NCBI GenBank assembly: GCA_963817915.1
Contig: CAWFQL010000009.1
Location: forward strand, 224,001-288,000
DNA: 64,000 nucleotides
Reading direction: 5' to 3'
Origin: an uncultured candidate division Zixibacteria bacterium
GTDB lineage: Bacteria; Zixibacteria; MSB-5A5; UBA10806
Each line of letters begins with the position of its first letter. Positions within the stretch are counted from its first letter, which is position 1. The notes below the pieces were generated by a model that did no database searches, was not told the DNA's origin, and saw only the letters and a program-made list of their open reading frames with translations. This document shows, piece after piece, positions 41,978-52,232 of this stretch. Both the position numbers and the translations under genes were made by a program.

Positions 41978-42088
41978 TGACTTCTCCTTACTAAATCATC
42001 GACATATAGGAATAAAGATATAATGCATGAGAGTAAAGTCAATAAGATATGTAAAATACTCGCGAATATAGACTATCTAAAGCTGCGA

Positions 42089-42859
42089 TTAAGCCAGAGA
42101 ATATCCACCATCTACTACGATTACTTGGCCGGTCACCCATTTGGCTTTTTCGGTACAGAGGAATACGGCGACATCGGCTACCTCTTCCGGCTGGCCAACT
42201 CTCTTGAACGGAGTTCTTCTAACAACCTCGGCCAGCATCTCATCGTAACTTGGAAAGCCTTTCAGTGCCTCAGTATCTATGAATCCACCGGAGACAGTAT
42301 TGACATTAATATGCCTTGGCGCCAATTCATATGCCATATACCGGGTCAATGTTTCTATAGCCGCCTTGGAGACTCCTATGGCTGCATAGCCGGTAATGTA
42401 TCGTACAGATCCCAATGATGATAATGCTACAATTTTGGAGCCATCGGGCATAATATCATGTGCCATTTGTACCAATTTCAAAAACGCCCAGGCATTGGTG
42501 TCCATTGAAAGGTGCCATGCCTTTTCATCGAGCTCCATCGCCGATGTGAAAAGCCCCAATGCCGCATTTGATACGAGTATATCCAGTTTGCCGTATTTTT
42601 CCTTAACCTCTTCGAAGACCTTGGGCATCTTCTCGTGGTTGCCAATATTGCATCGAATAGCGAGATGATCGCCGCCTAACTCGTTAAGCTCCTGCATTGT
42701 CTGGTCCGCCGCATTGCGACTACGAAGATAGTTTACTGCAACATTAGCCCCACCAGCCGCCAATTTCAATGCGATCGATTTTCCAATACCCTTAGTGCCG
42801 CCTGTAATAAGCGCGACCTTTCCCTCGAATTCTCTATTGGTGTTGTTATTTTTTGGCAT
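42089..42859 (-). CDS. fabL: Enoyl-ACP reductase, FabL-type SDR
   Basis: TGGTKGIG, VSNAA, SSLGSVRY..GYAAIGVSKAAIETLTRYMAYELA, VSGGFIDTEAL..FP. Confidence 0.8.
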   Translation of the reverse strand: MPKNNNTNREFEGKVALITGGTKGIGKSIALKLAAGGANVAVNYLRSRNAADQTMQELNELGGDHLAIRCNIGNHEKMPKVFEEVKEKYGKLDILVSNAALGLFTSAMELDEKAWHLSMDTNAWAFLKLVQMAHDIMPDGSKIVALSSLGSVRYITGYAAIGVSKAAIETLTRYMAYELAPRHINVNTVSGGFIDTEALKGFPSYDEMLAEVVRRTPFKRVGQPEEVADVAVFLCTEKAKWVTGQVIVVDGGYSLA

Positions 42860-42943
42860 ATTTTACTCTCCTTAATCGATGTCAATAATCATTTATCAGC
42901 CGCGCAAGTTAGCGGTTATGATGGCTCCTGTCAATAATTCATT

Positions 42944-43104
42944 GCGCCCCGTTGCGTCCGACCGAAGGTCGGATGGCAAATTCAGGTCATTGTCTATTCT
43001 ATAAATGATATTGGATGCATTTTGCATATTCTATAATCCGATGCTTGTCTAAATATGAAGTGAGTTTGCCATGTCCGGCATTCGCCGGACACGCAACGGG
43101 GCGC
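42944..43104. repeat. About 160-bp MITE/BIME-like element with long terminal inverted repeats (family F)
   Basis: GCGCCCCGTTGCGTCCG...ATGGCAAATTCA versus TGAGTTTGCCAT...CGCAACGGGGCGC around an AT-rich core. Confidence 0.7.
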
Positions 43105-43127
43105 GGCGAACCTTTTGACAATCAAAA

Positions 43128-43211
43128 TGCCGGAGGCGGGATTTGAACCCGCACGAGCGTACACTCACTGCGCCCTGAACGCAGCGCGTCTGCCAGTTCC
43201 ACCACTCCGGC
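43128..43211 (-). tRNA. tRNA-Leu (anticodon CAG)
   Basis: Reverse complement GCCGGAGTGGTGGAACTGGCAGACGCG-CTGCG-TTCAGGG-CGCAG...GTTCAAATCCCGCCTCCGGCA. Confidence 0.95.
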
Positions 43212-43357
43212 GATGGTTGATTCGAGCCAAAATATTTTTGGCCGACAACGTTAAAATATGTCGGCCATATAGAATTGGCAAGACGAATATTAGCTAATTA
43301 CGCTGCTTATTCTCAACCAAAGTGAGATATTTGAATATATTCGCCGCAATACACATT

Positions 43358-45124
43358 TTAGAAGAGATTTTTCTCGCTCGTGATGATATTCTTGAAAGTT
43401 TTGTAGTATTGATGTAGGATTTTATGAAATTCGTCATTCGATGTCAGATTTATTGCGTAATTTTGCAGTTCGGTAATATAGCCATATTCCTGCGATTTTT
43501 GCGTAATGTAGAATGGATTTTTCAGAAGTCTCAATATCACGAGCAATTTTCGCCTGATGGTTTCATTGCTGGTCGCAAATGCCCTCAACGGCAAGTAAAT
43601 TGGCATTAATGGCGAATCCAATGCGATCCCGAAATTGGCGTACTTTACAGAGACACTTCGTTTATCCAATGATTTTAGCAGGCCGATATAGATTTTCCAT
43701 CCGTTGAGATAGCTATTTTTAATTTTGAACGCATAAGGCGCATACTTAATTCCATAATGAGGAGCGAGGGGCCAAAAATGTTGTCTGAGCCGATCTTGAT
43801 TTTCCAGGGAAAATTTAAAAGATCGTTCCCAGATAAAGAAATGATCAACCTTATGGATATAATCTTTTTCCGGATATGCTGAAAAGTAATTGCAAAGATA
43901 ATCCATTATCTCCTTTGAGCTCTTTCCGAAAATACCGGCGACCTCATTGATGGAATAAACGCTAAGGCTATTTTTCAAGATAATTTGCTCTACCAATCTC
44001 GGAAGAGATTCAATCTTGCCGCCGCCATATCTTGGGGCGGTGATATAATTGCCTTCGTCCCCCGTATAATAAACTATATTGCGTCCAAATTCCCGTTCGG
44101 TAATTTCCATCGAACTCAGGACTGATCCCATTGTCCCCATGATGCCATTGCCGTCTTTCAAATTAACGACCTTTTCGAAATCCGAGATATTCTCTTCTTT
44201 AAGATCAAAGTTTCTATGATTGAATTTAAAAATCTCGACCAGTTTATTGACAACTGGCCTGTCCCTTCCGAGCAGATGGAAATGATCGAGAAAACTTAAA
44301 GATTCAAACTCGATCTTGTTTTGCAGCAATCCCATAAGGTTGGCTCTGGAATCAAGCCCGCCCGAAAGTGACAGTACTTGTTTTCGGTCTTTGAAACGTT
44401 TTGCCCTATTGGCAACGCTTTCCATGAATAGGTCGTGAAGATCCATAACGTATTTTTCAATCGGCCTATCTTCCCATCGATCATCAAAATTATATTTAAA
44501 TAGTTCAGTCTTTATGAACTTTTTATCTTTCAGATTGATTTGGATCAAAGTGTACGGCATCATGCGATAAATATCATTAAAGAATGTCTTATTGCCAAGT
44601 GACACCGCAAAAAGGAAATATTCGATCATCGAATAATCATTTACCTGGACTGATGGAAGAAGCCCCGTAAGGAATTTCATTGTCCTGGCGATAATAATTC
44701 CATCTTCATTGGCGTGATAATAAGTTGGCAGACGCCCTATGGCATCATTGAAAATTGCGATAAAGGAATTACGCTTATCAATATAATATACTACGAATTC
44801 GCCATCAGTATTTGAGATAATATCTTTAAGAATACTGGTATTTACGTTGCCATTCGTGATCGCTTTGGCTATTTCGTTTTTGAATTGCTCGATTGTTTTA
44901 TTATAGATAGCGCCATCAATAAGAATTACTACATCCCCCAACAGTATTTTTTCCCTTGGATAACCGCTGTATCCGGAAAAGTACGATCTTATTTCAGGAC
45001 TTTCGAATAATAATTCGTGACTAAATGCTGGGTAATAATTCATCTTATCCAGAATATTCGATGCCTTATCTATTTTTAAATCTGATATCGGGTTGAAATC
45101 AATTATGGTATTGATTCCGGGCAT
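43358..45124 (-). CDS. Asparagine synthase-related ATP-dependent amide ligase lacking the N-terminal catalytic Cys; C-terminus may be frameshifted
   Basis: MPG start, DGEF, NDAIGRLP.YY, LSGGLDSR PP-loop, TGDEG. Confidence 0.8.
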   Translation of the reverse strand: MPGINTIIDFNPISDLKIDKASNILDKMNYYPAFSHELLFESPEIRSYFSGYSGYPREKILLGDVVILIDGAIYNKTIEQFKNEIAKAITNGNVNTSILKDIISNTDGEFVVYYIDKRNSFIAIFNDAIGRLPTYYHANEDGIIIARTMKFLTGLLPSVQVNDYSMIEYFLFAVSLGNKTFFNDIYRMMPYTLIQINLKDKKFIKTELFKYNFDDRWEDRPIEKYVMDLHDLFMESVANRAKRFKDRKQVLSLSGGLDSRANLMGLLQNKIEFESLSFLDHFHLLGRDRPVVNKLVEIFKFNHRNFDLKEENISDFEKVVNLKDGNGIMGTMGSVLSSMEITEREFGRNIVYYTGDEGNYITAPRYGGGKIESLPRLVEQIILKNSLSVYSINEVAGIFGKSSKEIMDYLCNYFSAYPEKDYIHKVDHFFIWERSFKFSLENQDRLRQHFWPLAPHYGIKYAPYAFKIKNSYLNGWKIYIGLLKSLDKRSVSVKYANFGIALDSPLMPIYLPLRAFATSNETIRRKLLVILRLLKNPFYITQKSQEYGYITELQNYAINLTSNDEFHKILHQYYKTFKNIITSEKNLF

Positions 45125-45308
45125 ATAATCCTCTCCTTACAAAGAACCAGATTGTGGTCAATTTACAAGATTGAAGAATTCGAATTCCTCAATAAAATAT
45201 TCTGCTATTGATATTCAAAAAGTTCATTACTGTCAACTGCTTTCTATATTTGGTGTTGGATGAAATCATTACAATACTAATAAGAAAAAATAGCAGAAAA
45301 ATGTTCCA

Positions 45309-46736
45309 TTAATTGTCCTTATCTTTCTTTTCATTTCCGCCAAGATTGAAATGGGCTATACCATCAGCAGTTTTATAAAACCAATCAAGTGTCTGACGGC
45401 CACTTGAGAACCATTTAAGCGCGCCAAACCCCATAAATTGAATCATATCAGGCAACTCCCTATCCTGAGGCTCATGAAATGTAAGCATCAGAAATGATGA
45501 CAACAGCCTTAAAATAGCGGATAAGGCGAATAAAAGGTGATAATTAACAATTGTCTGAGAGCCCCAGGGCCAATGAATATTAGACCAGGTCTCCGCCAGA
45601 GAACCTGCTAAGATGCTTCCAATAAAGAAGGCTAATCCGGTAAATACCGAAAACATGGCCAGATATATTGTTCGTTTTTCCTTCGGGCTATTCGCGATTG
45701 GAATATTGAATGCGCCCAGATTAAATCCTGTCCACAGTGCTCCGGAATAGAGTGCCTCGAAAGCCAAAATCCAGTTATGTCCGGCCCGGGGAATGAACCA
45801 GATTAGTGGTATGATCGAGATCCCGAATGCAGTAAATGACAGCACGGGCTTGCATCCAAAACGATCTACAAGCACACCCCACGCCTTATTTAGCAGGATT
45901 GCCATAAGCGCGCCACCGCTACTGTACAATGACACCTGCGTAAAGCTCATCTTAAGATTGGTGAGCATATGGGGTGTAAAAAATGGCGCCGAAATCCCGA
46001 TCGAGAAGAACCAGGCCACGAATATCCAGAGTAAACGTTTGAACTTTGCATCTCTGATCGGTTCAAGGACATAATCCCAGGTGAGCTTATGACCCTCAGG
46101 TTTAACAAAATTATCCGGCAGTCGTTTCATAACTTCGAGAGCGGAGAATGCAAATATACATGCCACGCCGAACAAAATCGCGAATCCGGTGCCCTCGAGA
46201 TTTATCCCTTTGAAATAATCTATGAGTCCGCCGCCTATCATAACCACTGAGACAGTGACTATCGATACGGCCCTGCTTCGAACTCCAAAATACCTGCCCC
46301 TAATTTTTTCAGGGACGAGATCTGCCAGCCATGGAAACCATCCTGCGGTTCCGATCATCGTGGAAATGCTCGAAAATGCGACAACCAATAGAAGTACAAT
46401 CAGCCGCCAATTGCCGTGGAGAAATGGAAGCGGAATTACGAGCCACCATAAATGCCGCGAGATCGCGAGACTCCAGATTGTGATTAATCGTCGTTTCCCG
46501 CTTAAGTCTATAAAATAGGCCGAAACCAGTTGCGCGACCTGGGTCAGAAATGGTATGGCTACCAAAAGCCCAATTTCGAAATCATTAGCGCCAAGATACA
46601 GCCCGAATCCGGTCAGGAACGCGCCCCCAGTCAGAATGATATATATGGTGGCCAGGGAGGCTTCCCACGTGATTCCCACTAAAGTATTGTGGGTACTATC
46701 AGGAGATTTAGGGCTGTTGTCGATTTGTTCGGGCAT
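45309..46736 (-). CDS. MFS transporter
   Basis: About 12 TM segments, WLADLVPEKIRGRYFG, WGVLVDRFGCK. Confidence 0.88.
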   Translation of the reverse strand: MPEQIDNSPKSPDSTHNTLVGITWEASLATIYIILTGGAFLTGFGLYLGANDFEIGLLVAIPFLTQVAQLVSAYFIDLSGKRRLITIWSLAISRHLWWLVIPLPFLHGNWRLIVLLLVVAFSSISTMIGTAGWFPWLADLVPEKIRGRYFGVRSRAVSIVTVSVVMIGGGLIDYFKGINLEGTGFAILFGVACIFAFSALEVMKRLPDNFVKPEGHKLTWDYVLEPIRDAKFKRLLWIFVAWFFSIGISAPFFTPHMLTNLKMSFTQVSLYSSGGALMAILLNKAWGVLVDRFGCKPVLSFTAFGISIIPLIWFIPRAGHNWILAFEALYSGALWTGFNLGAFNIPIANSPKEKRTIYLAMFSVFTGLAFFIGSILAGSLAETWSNIHWPWGSQTIVNYHLLFALSAILRLLSSFLMLTFHEPQDRELPDMIQFMGFGALKWFSSGRQTLDWFYKTADGIAHFNLGGNEKKDKDN

Positions 46737-46984
46737 TATTAGTCTATACTATTTATCGGAATCACCGCTATTATTTAGTCAAATATCCTATTCAAATTTG
46801 CAAAGCATCTTGCCCTTAAATCCATAACAAGATTCAAGGCGCTAATAATATGCTATAATTCAATTTTTGCAAATGGATTTAAGGCGTTTGACGATCGCAA
46901 ATAAATGGAAATAATCGAATTAGATGTCAATTGCTTGAATATGCCTGTTTTAGGTGATTCCAGAACACCCTAAATACTTATTGT

Positions 46985-47176
46985 TCAGGATTCGGAGGGC
47001 AACTCGATGCTTTCGTCAGATTTCCATGCCGCTTTTTTAAGACATTCAGGACACAGTAGCGCTCCTTTGAAATCATTAATCTCGGTAAATTTATTTGTCC
47101 CGCCGCACATTTCACACTTTGCAAGGCCGACCTTCACTAATTTAGTTAAAATTGCCGTCATTTCTTCATTATTCAT
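46985..47176 (-). CDS. Small CxxC...CxxC zinc-ribbon protein
   Basis: CEMCG...LCPEC; GAGAGG SD. Confidence 0.6.
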   Translation of the reverse strand: MNNEEMTAILTKLVKVGLAKCEMCGGTNKFTEINDFKGALLCPECLKKAAWKSDESIELPSES

Positions 47177-47303
47177 TTTGCCCTCTCAATTTCAATTCTT
47201 GTCAATAATGTCCTCAGTATAATTATCGGCTTGTTACCTCGATTCAAAAGGCTAATACCTATAAATGGAGATGTCTGTCGGTCTTGTCAAATATGGATTT
47301 CAC

Positions 47304-47331
47304 TTGACAATTAAATAGTAATGTGTATCAT
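47304..47331 (+). promoter_or_regulatory. Sigma-70 promoter
   Basis: TTGACA-N16-TATCAT. Confidence 0.55.
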
Positions 47332-47365
47332 TATACTGGGGATAATGGTATAATATCTGTTCAAG

Positions 47366-47776
47366 GTGGTAATTATGACCTGGCAGAAATTGCTTTTAAC
47401 CCTTTCAATATTGATATTGATTATATTCTTTCTTGCAGGTGAATCATTTGCCGCCAATAGATTTATTTTAGGCCTATCCTTCCCTATCAGTGGCTCGATA
47501 GAATTTCAAAAACCATTGCCATATATCAGCCTTCAGGTTGAAAAATCCCATCCTAACGCTGTCAATAAGTTTAGGGCGAATGAGGATCATCATCTGTATT
47601 GGGGAGCAATATTATTGACTGCCGGATTAATTTCGAACAGCCGATCAATGAAGGTAATTGGCGGACTAGTCGTTTTCGATGATGTTATCCAACATGCTGT
47701 CCGCATTCAATCGCCATTGCACCTTATTGACTCTGAGCTTTACAAATATAAAATTATTAGAGATTTGAATTTTTAG
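47366..47776 (+). CDS. Hypothetical exported or membrane protein
   Basis: Signal-like N-terminus; HHLYWG and DD..QH motifs. Confidence 0.55.
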   Translation: MVIMTWQKLLLTLSILILIIFFLAGESFAANRFILGLSFPISGSIEFQKPLPYISLQVEKSHPNAVNKFRANEDHHLYWGAILLTAGLISNSRSMKVIGGLVVFDDVIQHAVRIQSPLHLIDSELYKYKIIRDLNF

Positions 47777-47855
47777 AATCCTGCCTATTTAGATTATCTG
47801 GAAATTAATATTTTTCGCTAATTGACTTAAATTATCAATTTGCTATATTTAGCTC

Positions 47856-48779
47856 ATGGGAAAGACCGCAAGGTTATTGTATATTCTTTCTCTCTTGAGA
47901 AGCAATCGACGAATCCGAGCATCGGAATTGGCCAGAAAATGCCAGGTTTCCGAGCGAACAATCTATCGCGATGTAATATCCATTTCAGAGGCCAATATCC
48001 CTATCTACTTTGATGGGGGTTACAGGCTTTTGCATAATGGATTCCTCCCCCCCACCAATCTATCCGCTACCGAAGTGGATTTCCTGAAAGCATTACTTAA
48101 ATCGCCATTATTCGGTAAGGGGAAACCATTCAGGGAAGCCGCGGAAAGAATCGCCGATAAAATCGATTCATCAGAGAATCCTAAGTCAGTTGATTCAATC
48201 ATTCATATCGGCGCCATTACTACGGATAAGCCTGGCAACAGCAAAATCTTTTCGGTCATTGAAAACAGCGTACGAGATGGCCATACTATTACCATGAAAT
48301 ATCTATCATTAAAGAATGAAACTACCGAGAGAAAGATCGCACCATATGCGATAGTATTCAGGGGCCATTCCTGGTATTTGATTGGATTTTGCTATTTGAA
48401 AAATGAGATCAGAACATTTCGGCTTGGCAGGATCATATCGCTGACGATCCAAAAGGAGAAATTCAAAAAGCCGCCCGATTTTTCGTTAGAGCGATACTTT
48501 AGCTCAAGCTGGGAAGTGTTTGGCGGTAAATTGGTAAAATTCAAGGTGCATTTTAATAATGAGGCCGCGGTTGTGGTGAAAAGCTCGTTCCACCATCAGG
48601 GCGAAATAATCAATGAACAGGATGACGGTTCGGTGATCTACGAGGTTATTGTCGCGGGAATACAAGAGTTTCTGCGCTGGGTTATGCAGTTTGGATCAAA
48701 CGCCGAAATTTTGGAACCGGTCTTTGCCCGTAAAGAAATCAGAACAATACTGCATGAGACATTGAAAAAATATAATTGA
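47856..48779 (+). CDS. WYL-domain transcriptional regulator (HTH_11 + WYL + WCX; YafY/PafBC-like)
   Basis: RASELARKCQVSERTIYRD, R.IAPY, SWYLIG, RTFRLGRI, FG..AEILEP. Confidence 0.92.
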   Translation: MGKTARLLYILSLLRSNRRIRASELARKCQVSERTIYRDVISISEANIPIYFDGGYRLLHNGFLPPTNLSATEVDFLKALLKSPLFGKGKPFREAAERIADKIDSSENPKSVDSIIHIGAITTDKPGNSKIFSVIENSVRDGHTITMKYLSLKNETTERKIAPYAIVFRGHSWYLIGFCYLKNEIRTFRLGRIISLTIQKEKFKKPPDFSLERYFSSSWEVFGGKLVKFKVHFNNEAAVVVKSSFHHQGEIINEQDDGSVIYEVIVAGIQEFLRWVMQFGSNAEILEPVFARKEIRTILHETLKKYN

Positions 48780-48781
48780 TA

Positions 48782-49864
48782 TTATCCGCCAGAAATTAGC
48801 CTGACTATATCGTTAAAAGTGACCAATACCATGAGCAATAGAAGCGCTCCCATTCCTATTTGCTGCCAGAAAATCCGTTTCTTAAATGATATCGGTTTTC
48901 TCCTGATTGCCTCGATACTTAAAAACATGAGATGACCACCGTCAAGGACAGGTATCGGAAGAACATTGAGAACCGCCAGATTAACCGAAAGAAAAGCCGC
49001 CAGGTTAATTACGTATGGTATGCCTCGTTTCATAGCCTTGCCCGCCTGATCAGCTATCATGATAGGGCCGCCAAGTTTGTCGACAGATTCCTTGCGAGTG
49101 ATCAATTTCCATAGGAAGTCAAAGGTCGTAACTGTGACAAAAACCGTGGCGTTTAAACCATCCTTAAGCCCGGCGGAAAGAGTGGACGGACGGAAGTCAT
49201 AAATTGGATTAACACCTATTAATCCGATAGTTTTGCTAACACCCAGCGAATCTTTAGTCTCGATTTTTTGAGGTCTGATAGTTACCAGATTATCAATATT
49301 ATCACGGCGATATTTGACAACCAGATCCTGCTCCGGCCGTGCCTGTATATAGCTTGCCATTTGAGTGAAATCCTTAAAGAAGACACCATCGACCGCGAGA
49401 ATCTTGTCACCTTCCTTAAGTCCGGCCTTCATCGCCGGAGCATCCTGCCCCACATCGCCGATCTCGGTTGAATTTGGACGAAGCTGTGGATTGCCCCAGG
49501 CCCAGATCATAATTACAAACAAAAGATAGGCAGTGATGAAATTCATAATAGGACCGGCCGCTATTACAATCGCTTTCTTCCAGGTCGGCGCAGAGAGAAA
49601 CTCTCTGGGACCGCCAGCGGGAGCGTTGGTATCATCAGGAAAATCAGGAATATCGCCCTTCATTTTTACATAGCCGCCCAAAGGTATCATGCCGATACAA
49701 TATTCGGTTTCGCCGATTTTCTTGGAAATTAGATTAGGCGGGAATCCCAATGAGAATCGCTCCACCTCAATGCCAGATCTCTTGGCGGCAATGAAATGGC
49801 CCAACTCGTGCACAAATACGAGTAGTCCTAAAATCGCTACAAACGGCAATATCCATTCAAACAT
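48782..49864 (-). CDS. rseP: RIP metalloprotease RseP
   Basis: HELGH, FSLGF, GGYVKM, PDZ domain, NVLPIPVLDGGH; downstream of dxr. Confidence 0.95.
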   Translation of the reverse strand: MFEWILPFVAILGLLVFVHELGHFIAAKRSGIEVERFSLGFPPNLISKKIGETEYCIGMIPLGGYVKMKGDIPDFPDDTNAPAGGPREFLSAPTWKKAIVIAAGPIMNFITAYLLFVIMIWAWGNPQLRPNSTEIGDVGQDAPAMKAGLKEGDKILAVDGVFFKDFTQMASYIQARPEQDLVVKYRRDNIDNLVTIRPQKIETKDSLGVSKTIGLIGVNPIYDFRPSTLSAGLKDGLNATVFVTVTTFDFLWKLITRKESVDKLGGPIMIADQAGKAMKRGIPYVINLAAFLSVNLAVLNVLPIPVLDGGHLMFLSIEAIRRKPISFKKRIFWQQIGMGALLLLMVLVTFNDIVRLISGG

Positions 49865-49939
49865 TATTCACCTGCTCCAATATTAATAACTGTCCGCCAA
49901 AATCAAAGTTCCCATCGATGTATTATTCATATCTTGTTA

Positions 49940-51100
49940 TTATATACGTTCTTTGTTGATAAATTGTTGTGCATTCGTCCTGCCTATCATATCGGCTGAT
50001 ATAATTGCTTCGATAGAATCAGACTCGACAATTTCGGTACTCTGGCAGACATGGTCCACCAGTGAAAATATCTCATCAAAGCGAATACGCTCATCCAGAA
50101 ACGCCTGCGCGGCAATTTCATTGGCGGCATTGTAAATTGCAGGAGCTGTCCCACCTCTCTTTAACGCCTGACGGGCAATATTCAGGCTTTTGAACTTGTG
50201 CTCATCCGGCGGCTCGAATTCGAGAAACTGGAACGCCGAAAAATCAAGATTCGCGACCGAGATCGGTTTGCGATTAGGATAGAAAAGCGCAAATTCAATC
50301 GGCAAACGCATATCAGGTTTGGACATTTGAGAGATAATTGAACCGTCGATATATTCCACCATCGAATGAATTATCGATTGAGGATGAATGACGACATCTA
50401 TATTTTTTTCCGGAATTCCAAATAGATAATGCGCCTCGATTATCTCAAGTCCCTTATTCATCAAAGTGGCCGAGTCTATTGTAATTTTCTTGCCCATATT
50501 CCAGGTTGGATGTTTAAGAGCCTGTTCGACAGTAATCGAGCTGAATTTTTCTTTTGGTAATTTTCTAAATGGCCCGCCCGACGATGTTAAAATCAAACGC
50601 CTGACATCATCTTTATTCCCCGATTTCAGGCATTGGAATATCGCCGAGTGTTCGGAATCGACTGGAATTAGTTCTGCCGCGCCTAAGGAAACTGCATCAT
50701 TTACAATCTGACCGCCGGCCACCATTGACTCCTTATTGGCCAATGCTATCCTCTTACCCGCCCTGGCAGCCGCAATCGTCGAGCGAAGCCCGGCGAATCC
50801 AACTACAGAATTGAGCACGATTTCTACATCTGCAATTGAAGATAATGCTTCCAAACCGCTCTCGCCGGAAAGCAATTCTACATTCAGGCTTTTTGCTGCA
50901 GGAATAAATTTAGCGGCGGTTTTATCATCGGAAACGCAGACTACGCTGGGATGATATTTTTTGACCTGCTCAGTTAACGCTGTAATATCCGAATTGACCG
51001 AGAGGCCAAAAATTTTAAGCTCCTCCGGAAATCGTTCAGCCACCCAGAGGGCGTTTTTACCGATTGAGCCGGAGGAGCCAAGTATTACAAGATTTTTCAA
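49940..51100 (-). CDS. dxr: 1-deoxy-D-xylulose-5-phosphate reductoisomerase
   Basis: LGSSGSIG, LANKES, PVDSEHSA, HPTWNMGKKITIDSATLMNKGLE. Confidence 0.97.
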   Translation of the reverse strand: MKNLVILGSSGSIGKNALWVAERFPEELKIFGLSVNSDITALTEQVKKYHPSVVCVSDDKTAAKFIPAAKSLNVELLSGESGLEALSSIADVEIVLNSVVGFAGLRSTIAAARAGKRIALANKESMVAGGQIVNDAVSLGAAELIPVDSEHSAIFQCLKSGNKDDVRRLILTSSGGPFRKLPKEKFSSITVEQALKHPTWNMGKKITIDSATLMNKGLEIIEAHYLFGIPEKNIDVVIHPQSIIHSMVEYIDGSIISQMSKPDMRLPIEFALFYPNRKPISVANLDFSAFQFLEFEPPDEHKFKSLNIARQALKRGGTAPAIYNAANEIAAQAFLDERIRFDEIFSLVDHVCQSTEIVESDSIEAIISADMIGRTNAQQFINKERI

Positions 51101-51109
51101 TCTATCTGC

Positions 51110-51715
51110 TTATTTCTTCTCTTCGGCTTTTACCGGAGCCGCTTCTGGGACTTTGTCTACGCGGCGAAGTTTAGTCATAATCACTTTTTCGACCGGCTTT
51201 TCACTGGCAACCTTCACAGCGGCGATTTTATCAACTACATCCATACCGCCAACTACTTTCGCGAAAGATGAGAATTTTTGCTTATCGAGGAAGGAATTGT
51301 CCTTCAGGTTAATATAGAATTGGCAATTGGATGCTCCTGCCCCCGAACGAGCCATTGCGACTGTGCCGCGGGCTTGTGGGTATGGAGAAACTTCATCGGC
51401 AAGACGATCCTCGCCCATACTGCCCATGCCTGAGCCTGTCGGGTCGCCGCCCTGAATCACAAAACCGGCGACAACACGATGGAATGTCAGGCTGTCATAT
51501 TTGCCTGCATCAACTTTGGAAAGAAAATTCTGCGCATGAATGGGAGTCTCTTTGGCAAAGACTTCGAGATAAATATTACCGTAATTTGTCTTCATTTCGA
51601 CAATAGGATTTTTTGCTGCGGGCGCGGCCGGTTTTTCCACCTTTTTCTCCTGTGCGTACGCCGTACCGGCAATTAGCATTGCCGAAATGACTACCGCTGT
51701 TAGTTTTCTTAACAC
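51110..51715 (-). CDS. Exported cyclophilin-type peptidyl-prolyl isomerase
   Basis: Signal peptide, FHRVV.GFVIQGGDP, GTVAMAR, QFYIN. Confidence 0.92.
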   Translation of the reverse strand: MLRKLTAVVISAMLIAGTAYAQEKKVEKPAAPAAKNPIVEMKTNYGNIYLEVFAKETPIHAQNFLSKVDAGKYDSLTFHRVVAGFVIQGGDPTGSGMGSMGEDRLADEVSPYPQARGTVAMARSGAGASNCQFYINLKDNSFLDKQKFSSFAKVVGGMDVVDKIAAVKVASEKPVEKVIMTKLRRVDKVPEAAPVKAEEKK

Positions 51716-51940
51716 TCTTGTCCTCCTTAGTTTAAATACACTTAATTAGTTTGTTGTTTGCGCTCATTCCTTAGCGATTATTCTACAACCCATCAGGCAA
51801 AATGTTTCATCATTTTGCCCAAGCTCAGGGGGCTGATTTACAAAATAATGAACTGTTTGTAAAGTGAATTATTAAATATCAATGCGCGAAGACGCCTTGC
51901 ACATTTGCCATGCCGCCTCCGCCCAATCGATTTAAGCTGG

Positions 51941-52216
51941 CTATCCCCCGATAACGACGGTCCAGGGCCGGACACTCCATTCGGTGATCACGCCGTTTTT
52001 TACGTAAACATCATTACGCGCAAAATCCGCGGCAACTTCAGGGTTTTCACCTTTGAATATTAAAATTGCGCTATCCACCGGATCAGCTAATGCTCCTGCC
52101 ATAATCAAGGTTCCGGCATCATGGGCGGCATTTGCGTATTTTATATGCTCCGGCCGGAAAGGAGCGCGTTTTTCAAGATAGTTATCCGCGGTTTTGTAGA
52201 ATAGGATATAGTACAT
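51941..52216 (-). CDS. YciI-like protein
   Basis: R.PFRPEH, AGAL, FARNDVYVKNG...W.VRPW. Confidence 0.85.
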   Translation of the reverse strand: MYYILFYKTADNYLEKRAPFRPEHIKYANAAHDAGTLIMAGALADPVDSAILIFKGENPEVAADFARNDVYVKNGVITEWSVRPWTVVIGG

Positions 52217-52232
52217 TTATTTTCCTCCTTGA

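Noticed and set aside
23279..43211. Genomic island bounded by the two tRNA-Leu genes
   Set aside because: The tRNAs are convergent isoacceptors; no integrase or att direct repeat, and fabL lies inside
46797..46818. Sigma-54 promoter upstream of the MFS gene
   Set aside because: GG-to-GC spacing is off by one base
43358..47176. Lasso peptide / RiPP cluster (AsnB-like enzyme, transporter and small ORF)
   Set aside because: No B protease or RRE; the 63-aa ORF is a zinc ribbon, not a precursor
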